Origin: Antedon mediterranea
Taxonomy: Eukaryota > Animalia > Echinodermata
Direction of reading: 5' to 3'
Assembly: GCF_964355755.1 (NCBI RefSeq)
Contig: NC_092675.1
Coordinates: 20,804,912 to 20,868,911, forward strand
DNA: 64,000 nucleotides
The notes below the pieces were generated by a model that worked only from the letters and a program-made list of their open reading frames with translations, ran no database searches and was not told where the DNA came from. Position 1 is the stretch's first letter, and every line of letters begins with the position of its first letter. The position numbers were made by a program, and so were the translations under genes. Below are positions 43,901 through 52,900 of this stretch, piece after piece.

Positions 43901-46900
43901 TCCATTATAATACAGGGGTGTTCCAGGAACTTTTCACTTTCGTATCTAAGCCCTCCCTCTGGAGAGCACGGGCTATTGTCGGTTTATACAGGTAAGCTAG
44001 GCACGATATAGACAAGGAGTTCCTTCCCTTCAATATAAAATAGCTAAGCTGTAAAACCAATCTCTATAATAATCCCACTGTTTGGCCACTAGGATGTCCT
44101 GAATGTCTTTCATTCCCGTAATCATTCCTATCTATTTAGTGGGCTGGTAAAGTTTGCAGGGTACAGATCAGTCCTTTGGGTCTGTGTAGTAAGAATTTTA
44201 TGGGTGCCAACAGCATGATCCTATGGGACTTTCTAAACTGAGAAAGACCCTGGTCCAACATGTGATTTTCTTATATATAAACGCCTTTAAAAACATGTCT
44301 TAATATTGTTTTCCCAATATACTACTTTACTAGATTTTCCGTATCTAAAACATATGGTTGTTTCCCATGTACAGTTCCTTTTTACGGGATATTCCCTCTT
44401 TATTAAATGGTTCTCCCTATACAGTACTGCGTGTTCCTCCATCCCCTTAAAACATATTCTCTTCTTATCCTTATGGGATCTGAATCCATCTCTCTAACAA
44501 GCTTTTATAGGTTCCCTGTTCCAAATTCTTTCCCATGACACACGCAACAAAACCTACCTTTTCTTCATATAATACAGTAGATATACTAAAGAGTCGGCAA
44601 TTATTAGATTTAACTGATTACAGTAGATCTACAGATAAGTCATTTCTGTAACACAATATCCATATTATTACAATCCAAAAATTGAGACTGAAGAATATAA
44701 TTAAATTAAATGTCAGATAGAAAAGTGACACAAAATAATCAAATAAATTGATGAATACTGCTAGCTTTCACTCATATGATAACATCAATATTCAACGAAA
44801 GAACAGACCTTCTTTCTTTAGGGACAAACTTCTGCAAACAAAATAAACGGTGACCATACAAGTACATATTCAGCTTTAGACAAATAAAAGCATTTATTAG
44901 ATATAAGTTGACAACTATCTGATTACATACATATCTAAGTACTCTTGGTATTTAGGGTAAGCACTGGTGCATGTAGTTTATCATTACATATCATCAGTGT
45001 AAAGATTTAAAGCATTTACTGATGCAAGTAAATACTTGGTTTCTGTCCCTTTAAATTAATTATTTTTTTAAACTCTGGCAGTCAGACAGAATGTCACTGA
45101 GAATGGATGTATGCTGATTGAAAACCATGGACATATAATTATAGGTCAATTTGAAAACGTTCATCAACTTTAAGCTAGGAATGCCTGTGCATTATTATAC
45201 AATAGCGAGCTTTCGTTGTAGTACGGAAGTAGTTCAGTACGGTAATTCGAACCGAAATGTGATCCACGCATGCGCAAAAATTCGAGACTCACCGTAGCGC
45301 TAAATTTGAGAACGGTAGTGAGAAGAAATAGCGTCCTGTCTGAAACGTACATTCAGCTGTGTATTTATGGAGAACACGATGGAAGTAGTATCGTCAAGAG
45401 TAAAGCAGTTTCAGTCGTTATTTTAACTTATTGTAATCAAACATAGACTACTAGGCTATAGCATATTAAATGAATGTTCATTAATGTCAAGTTTCAAGTT
45501 TATTGTTTCACACAATACAATACAATTATAATACAGAAACATAAATTAATAATTTATTGTGTGAGGAGGACGCACGGCTTTAAGTTTGGTCTTCCAGATA
45601 AGTAGCCTAAATAATATTTAATTATTTAATTTAAGCATTACTTACTAACTAAAAATGTAGTACTCTAGATCAATGATGCCAAATATAAAATAAAAAAATT
45701 GGCTTAGAGATTCGGCCTAGGCCTAGCCTGAAATAGGCCTAGTAGCCTGAAATAGCTGTTGCATTCATCATCGTTGAATTTATCTAAGTTGAATTGTTGA
45801 TATTGATCACTTTTATACTGAAAATCAGGATTGCTTGGAGAATTCATACTATACAACATAATGAATTCTTCCTCATCTAGAACATCTGAAATATAGGCAG
45901 CAACAAGAGCATCTCGTATGTAGCCTGTGGGTTCGCCATGTTGTGAGCTGCTGAAAGCCGAGTCAACTGATGATGATACCTGATCGCACTATGACGTCGG
46001 CCACATGTTCCCCCGTCGCAAGAACAAAACGAAACAGTAACAGACATGACGGGAGCCTAGTAAATGAGTACGGTCACGGTTGGTTAAACCGGCCGTACTG
46101 CACGTTTACCGTCCCGTTACGAAAGCTCGCTATTACTTTTTTACTCAGACTCAGACAGATATTATTTGTGGAAAAGTTTCATCAGACTATAATAATGAAT
46201 ATATGAACAAGATTTTTTTCTGTAATTAACGAAAAAGGATTTAGCTAGAATTACAGTACAACAGTATAATTTATAATAATAAGTATAATCTCATGCTCTA
46301 GTATAATTCAACTACCTACTGTAGAGGAATTTAGGTGAAATTATGACAGAGGACTTTTGTAAATGCATTAGAATCAGAGTATATCACATCCCCTAACTGT
46401 CGCCAAATTTTGTACTCAGGCCTACAAGAACTAGAATATCACGGTAATTATTTTTCAGATGTAGTGCGTGGCCAGTATCGGCTAAAAAGGGTTCATGTAA
46501 CTTTTTTTTATATTTAAGGAATCCATATTTCAATTTTAATTATTTCAGAGAGTGTATACTCTCACCAAAAATCCAAACTTGTAATATATTCTATGATATA
46601 ATAGCCTATGGTCAAGTCTTTCATCCACTCATAGAACTAACCTTCTCACAAAGGGTCAACTAGTACAAGGAGACTGTGGTGAACCTGAAATGAACCACCA
46701 TCAGCAAAAAGGTGTGTATACAGTATTAATGGATATAAAATGTCAGTCTCAATGGTCTGATGATTTCTAAAGGCTTTTAGCTTGTTATTCAGGTGTGACC
46801 CACTTTTTGTACATCTTTACCAAGAGTTACAGGCTTTGATGGGACCGACATAAAGAATGTTTAAGTAAATGAGTCACAATCATTTATATTAATGTGAAAA

Positions 46901-49900
46901 ATATTCCATTCAATACTATATGTTGTATAATATATTCTTTGAAAATGAAATTTTATTGGCACTCATCAAAGATATTTATAGCATCTAGGGAAATTGGAAT
47001 CAGAATAAATTTGTGTTGGTATTGTATGGCCATACCACATTGAAACACCATCAGATCAAATTATGGTAACATTGTGCCAGGAACGTATATAGGAGACCGA
47101 CTGAGACCAATAATTGCGATATGGTGTAAAGTAAAGCCATGTCTACACTATCAAACTTTATGTGACAAAAAATGTGTTTGATAGTATAGACAGAGCTTAG
47201 GGATTATTTGAATAGCATGTAAAGAGATCTGCCATATTATTGCTTGTATCCTTAGACAAAATACATTACTCTTACTGTCTTGTCCTTCGGATAGGACATA
47301 AAGCTGCTGGTTTCATGTACATAATTGCTCATTTGCACAACAAACTTTGTACATTATTCAAAAGGTGAGGGAATTTTCTCATGGTGTGTTGATTATATGG
47401 TACCTGTACTAACAGAACAGTCTTGTACTGAAGAAGTCACTAATATAAAGGTAGTAAACAGATTTAGAATTCAACTGAATGCTTCAAATACAATACTGCA
47501 TCCAAAACTTACCCCGATTATTTCTCCATTATATTGACATGACCCTGAGTTCGAAGCACATTCTGGACAGCAATTGTTCGGTGCTATTCTAAGTTTCTCC
47601 CCCTAAAAAGTAAAATGAAACAATATATTGTGAGAACAATGGTTAAATAATTAATAATAACTACTAATAGAATTATTCATTAGCTCGACAAAAATAGTGT
47701 AACATTCTGTATTTATATAAAGGCTATTTAGATCCAACAATGAGGAATCCAGAGCAACAATAGAGATGAAGACACCCACCAATTCAGTATGTTAACACGA
47801 TTTGTCGAAATGCACAAAATGGTCTAAAACGTCTCCAAATGCGATTTGAAGCTATTATAAGCACTTTGGTGTTTTTGTGTGAAAAGTTGTATCTATAGAT
47901 CAATCAAAATAATTGTTGTATTCGATTGGGAACTTTCGTTGTCAACGTAAAGATTCGTTGAGTACTTTTTGTATTCAAATTGTAAATTTGTGCTCAACAG
48001 AAAGTTATTCGAATAGAAAACGTTGACAACGAAAGATTTTTCGTTAAGAACAATCTCAACGCTCAAAATACTCCGTTAAAGAGTACTCAACGGAAAAACT
48101 GTACTCAACGGTGAAAGTCTTAATCGAATACGACAAATGTGTATGTTCCTGTCATTATACAGAATTGGCCCTCTAGAGGTCAATCTGTTTAATGACACAT
48201 TTCTCATTCTTCTGAAGAAGCTGTCCGATTAGTACAGCGAAACTGTCAAGCAGGTTAGTTTTGCTAATTGTTAGTTTTTTCAAAAAGAATAATAAATTTA
48301 TGAATATAATAATATAAATCTAAAAACTTCTTGTTTTATTAAAGATGTATGACTTCCACGTTGCAATTTTTCATGTTCAAACTCAAAATAGCATCAATAT
48401 GAAATGTGAAATTGCCATTAAAAATTGTGGTGAATTTAAAATAGTAAAGCAACCATTTACATGAACTAAATTTATTTAGAAAGTTTTCAGAATTTCTCAA
48501 TATTCTGTATCTGATTTGAGAAGTATAGTACTTAGCATTATTTATACTCTATATAATTTTAATTTGCTATCCCTAGTTAATAAAAATATAACTAGGTCTA
48601 CTGTACATTTTCAGGGAGGGTGAATGTACAGTTAGGACTACTCTACAGGGAGGGTGAATACTCTAACATAGGCCTACATCGGGGAATGGAAATTAATGTT
48701 GCGATACGGTACAAAAAAACACTATCAGTAGCAGATACACTTTTCCCTAGGTCAAATATAGGTCAAAAAGTAATGTGGAAGTCTCCTGCTCAAGTACATA
48801 GACTTAGTAGTTATATATTATTACCTCAAAACCATCTTTTTAAGTATAGTTTACACTAGGACACAATGCAAAGATGTACAGGTACATGCAATGTAAGTAA
48901 TTTGACCAATCACATGTGAGAAATCTTCAAAACTAAAGCTGATTTGCATTTCAATCAAGCCAGGTGTCCTCAATATAGTGATATGCCTGGATCCTTAGTG
49001 ATTTTATAGCTTTTTTTAATAACAAATTGATTTTTATAGGATAAAATATTTAATTAGTTTGATCTAATAATTACAAAAAAACATTTGTTTTATTAGAATA
49101 ATAAGAGTTATTTCTCTAATAAACTTTTATTGGCAAGACTAGTATGGATAATTAGTTTTAGGATATACTGTACATGGATATTTACTAGTACTGTAAACTA
49201 TTCAACATTATGCCATTAACTTATTACCTAATTCTTTAACCATAACACAAGAATTCAATTGATGCATTTCGGAAAGGTTCATTGTAGGGCCACCCATTGC
49301 ATATCACATTATCCCTCATAAATCATACTACTCTATAGATATTTTCCATTACAACATTCAACACTGTTTTTTCTATACAATATTTTGACAGCATTTTATG
49401 TAAGGATAAATTAATTTTTCTGGTTTATTTAATTAATCCGCGCTTTCAACGAATGGTAAAAACCAGGCCATTCAAAAAGGTGGTAGTGATTTATTATCCT
49501 TTTTTCTGATGAATATTTTTTTTTTTTGCCTAATTTTCTATTAAATTATTATGTTAAAATGAATAAACGCAGTGAACATAAAAAAGTGGCGTTCAGCCTG
49601 CCATGTTTTACTAAGTTGGCCATGCAATAGAACCATTGATTAGAACTTCATGCAATAGAACTAAACAACCAATAGCATGGGATAAAAGATTAACCAATCA
49701 AATGACAAGGATACACTAGGTATGTTTAGCAGACTAGGAATGGAAATACAGGAAACCATACATATGAAAAGGATACAATAGCCAATGTATGACCTTTGAG
49801 AATTGTTTATATTCCAAATAAGGATTGAAGATACAAAAGATTCACCTAGATCTGTAGTGAAAACATGTCAAAGGTATTAGGGCATATTATACATATATGT

Positions 49901-52900
49901 ACACATACTAGAAAATATAACTGTCAGGTACTTCATGGCTTATTTTGAATTTGACAATCAGTAAAGCTATGAGTATAAAGCTATGCATCACTCAAAGATT
50001 AACAACTCTTGTAAATTTCCAAAGATATTTAGCGATTCTCACTCAATAAACATCACATTAACCAAAGATGGAAATGATAAAAGCATACTGGGGTATCGTT
50101 TGATTTTCCAGAAGCTATACAGTATGTAACAATTTAGTTTTAATACAAAACAAATATAAATCAAGGCTTTAAAAGGTTAAAATAAAACTGCTAAAAATAA
50201 ATATAAATGTATTTTACGGATGTGTATCATTCAATTTACATAGCTTGGATTACGAACTGACATTACATAAAAAAAACATTTTGATTGTACCAAACACATG
50301 TTTAACATGTGTACATCATCACTATTAACATTGCTGACTTTCATTGAATCTCACCAGTGTATTAAGTACTTTACCATTCCATACATAAAATCTTAATTAA
50401 ACATTGAACTTAAAAAAATAAGTTAGTTTCACATCTTTTTTTATGGCTTTTTTAATCCTAAAAAATTTCTATATTCGGTTAAAAAATTTGTTGAATTTTC
50501 GATTAAAAAAAAGCGCTCTGAAGTGTGCAAATATTGGCCGTCAAGTTGAGTGGCCGAGTGGTTAATGGAAGGGCATGAGAATTGGCCTACAGTATGTCCA
50601 AATGGGACTAAAAGGAAGAGTAATGATTAAACAATATCATATTTGGTATCACAATCAGCTGTAGCTACTCGTAAGTCCCTCATTCATAACGCGGGGTACC
50701 TTCCTCTATTCCTTAACCTTAATCCTGGACGTGAACACAATTGTTTTTATCAGCCTTTGTAAATAATGAAAGATTTTTTCCTCCCGATTTACTAGAAAAC
50801 TTTACAAACATCAACTTTCCTCTTCACACTTTCATTTTAATATCCTTTTCAATGTTTCTGTAATCATTAGAGACATAGAGTGGTGTTCTAAACAAGTATA
50901 TTCTTGAACTGGCTTCGCTCCAATAACAATAGTCATGGGAATACACTTTTAGGAAGGAATATATTGAAAACTTTACATCAGAATCATAATCGCTTTGCCT
51001 AGATTATTCACTGTACTGTAGATATAGAGGTAGTGGAATTTTTTAAAGGACGGATGTTCACAGGCCTGACCGATCGCTAGAAGTTTCTCAAGATGATGAT
51101 CACATCATAAAGAACTGAGATCGTGATAAGATAAAAAAATTGGCCAAACTGATTTCATACAGTAACTGCTCTTGATGTTTAGGTCATTATACCTCATGAG
51201 CAGATGATCTCAGGCGTGACACCGTGATGTCTTGATGGGCCTGTCGCTAGAACTCTCATCTATTTAAATATTGTTTCCATGCTTTTAACCACCACTTTTT
51301 GCAATTTTTTTTTATTGATTTAAAAAAGTTTAGTACTTGGCTCCTTTTATTTTTATGTCACTAAGAATATTGATTTTGTTCTAATCCTTCCCAGTGTGTT
51401 ACTAATAAAATGTAGTTCATTACAAGTATGTCCACTTTTTATATAGCGTATAACACGTACAGGTATAGCTGTGTATATTTTTAAACCTCTATTACCATGG
51501 ATTGTTTTTATCATGCTGGTCATAGCAGAAATGGTTGATGCAGGGTTGCCTGTGAATGATTCTCATTTTTGAAGGAATACCAACACATTTAATAGACTAC
51601 TAATATTTCAAATACTAAACTGCAAGTATCACAGTAACATGTTCTACTTCAATAAAACCTACAGTAGTATTGACAGGAGATTAAATTTAAACATATTCTT
51701 CACTGCAGCTTGCAGAATTGACAAATTTCAGTCAATTGAATGTTAGCTGGATATTAACTAATGACTGCTATTTCAGTATATACTGAATAGTAATTCATCC
51801 ATGTCTATTATGCAGGAGTAATCGTATCATAACAGCTACATAAATAACTACATGTAAAAAAACTACAGGAGACCAAGCTTGCTGGGGAGAGCTTGTAGCA
51901 AGTATATCACCAATTTCAATTGGTTTGATAGGAATATATTATAGAATTACCGGTATAGACTAGTAAATGCACAAAATCCAAAAGTTGGTAACAGTATATG
52001 ATGGAGTGCTATAAATATTTGGATAAGTATATTAACTAAAAAAAGGTAACAAACCTTTTGTTACTTGTTCATATTGTTGGTGAAACTCAAACTAGATTTA
52101 AACTTGTTAACCATGATGTCAACATTGTATGTCAAACAAATTTATTTAACATTAGTCTCCTATCCGGGTCTCCTATTTCTATCTGTAGTTAGACGAATAT
52201 CTCACAATGTGAGAATAGGTCAATTTTACAGATTAAGCTAGGAATGAAATAGCATTTATATTTAACATTATTAATGTCTTCTCAAGCGGAATTAAGATAG
52301 AAAAGATTAAACTTGAAAAGTAAGCAGAAGTCACACGAAAACTCTTGTAATAACATTAACTTTTGACATTGGTACAGGTACGTGTGTTTTATTGAATTAA
52401 TCTGGCTGGGATGCAATTATGAGTAGTAGTGCACATGGTGTCACCAAGTCTACTGGAAAAAAATGTTATTTCAACAGAAAACAAAACATTGGAAAATTTG
52501 ATGATAAAATGAATAAATAAAAAACTACAGATTGCAGAAAAATGGCGACAAGAGCTGGCAATCATGAGCTGAACTAATACAAAACTTAACAGTAACTTAG
52601 ACATACGCCAGTGTATTTTGATATGTTGGCATACATATAAATTGGCTAAATGGTCAAAGGCATTAATGTAACTCTGATGATATACCCCAAAGGTGTTTGT
52701 AACTGCATAGATGTATTTTAGGAAAGAATGTAATAGTACTGTATGACAAATTCCAAGATAAGGACACTTGATAAAATACCAAAAAATAATATCTGACAGT
52801 AATCATAATATTTATACCAATTCACTTTGCAATACATTTCACAACTGTAAACATATCACTAGCCTATTATTTTACATGGATGTTGTATTATTCAAAGTGA

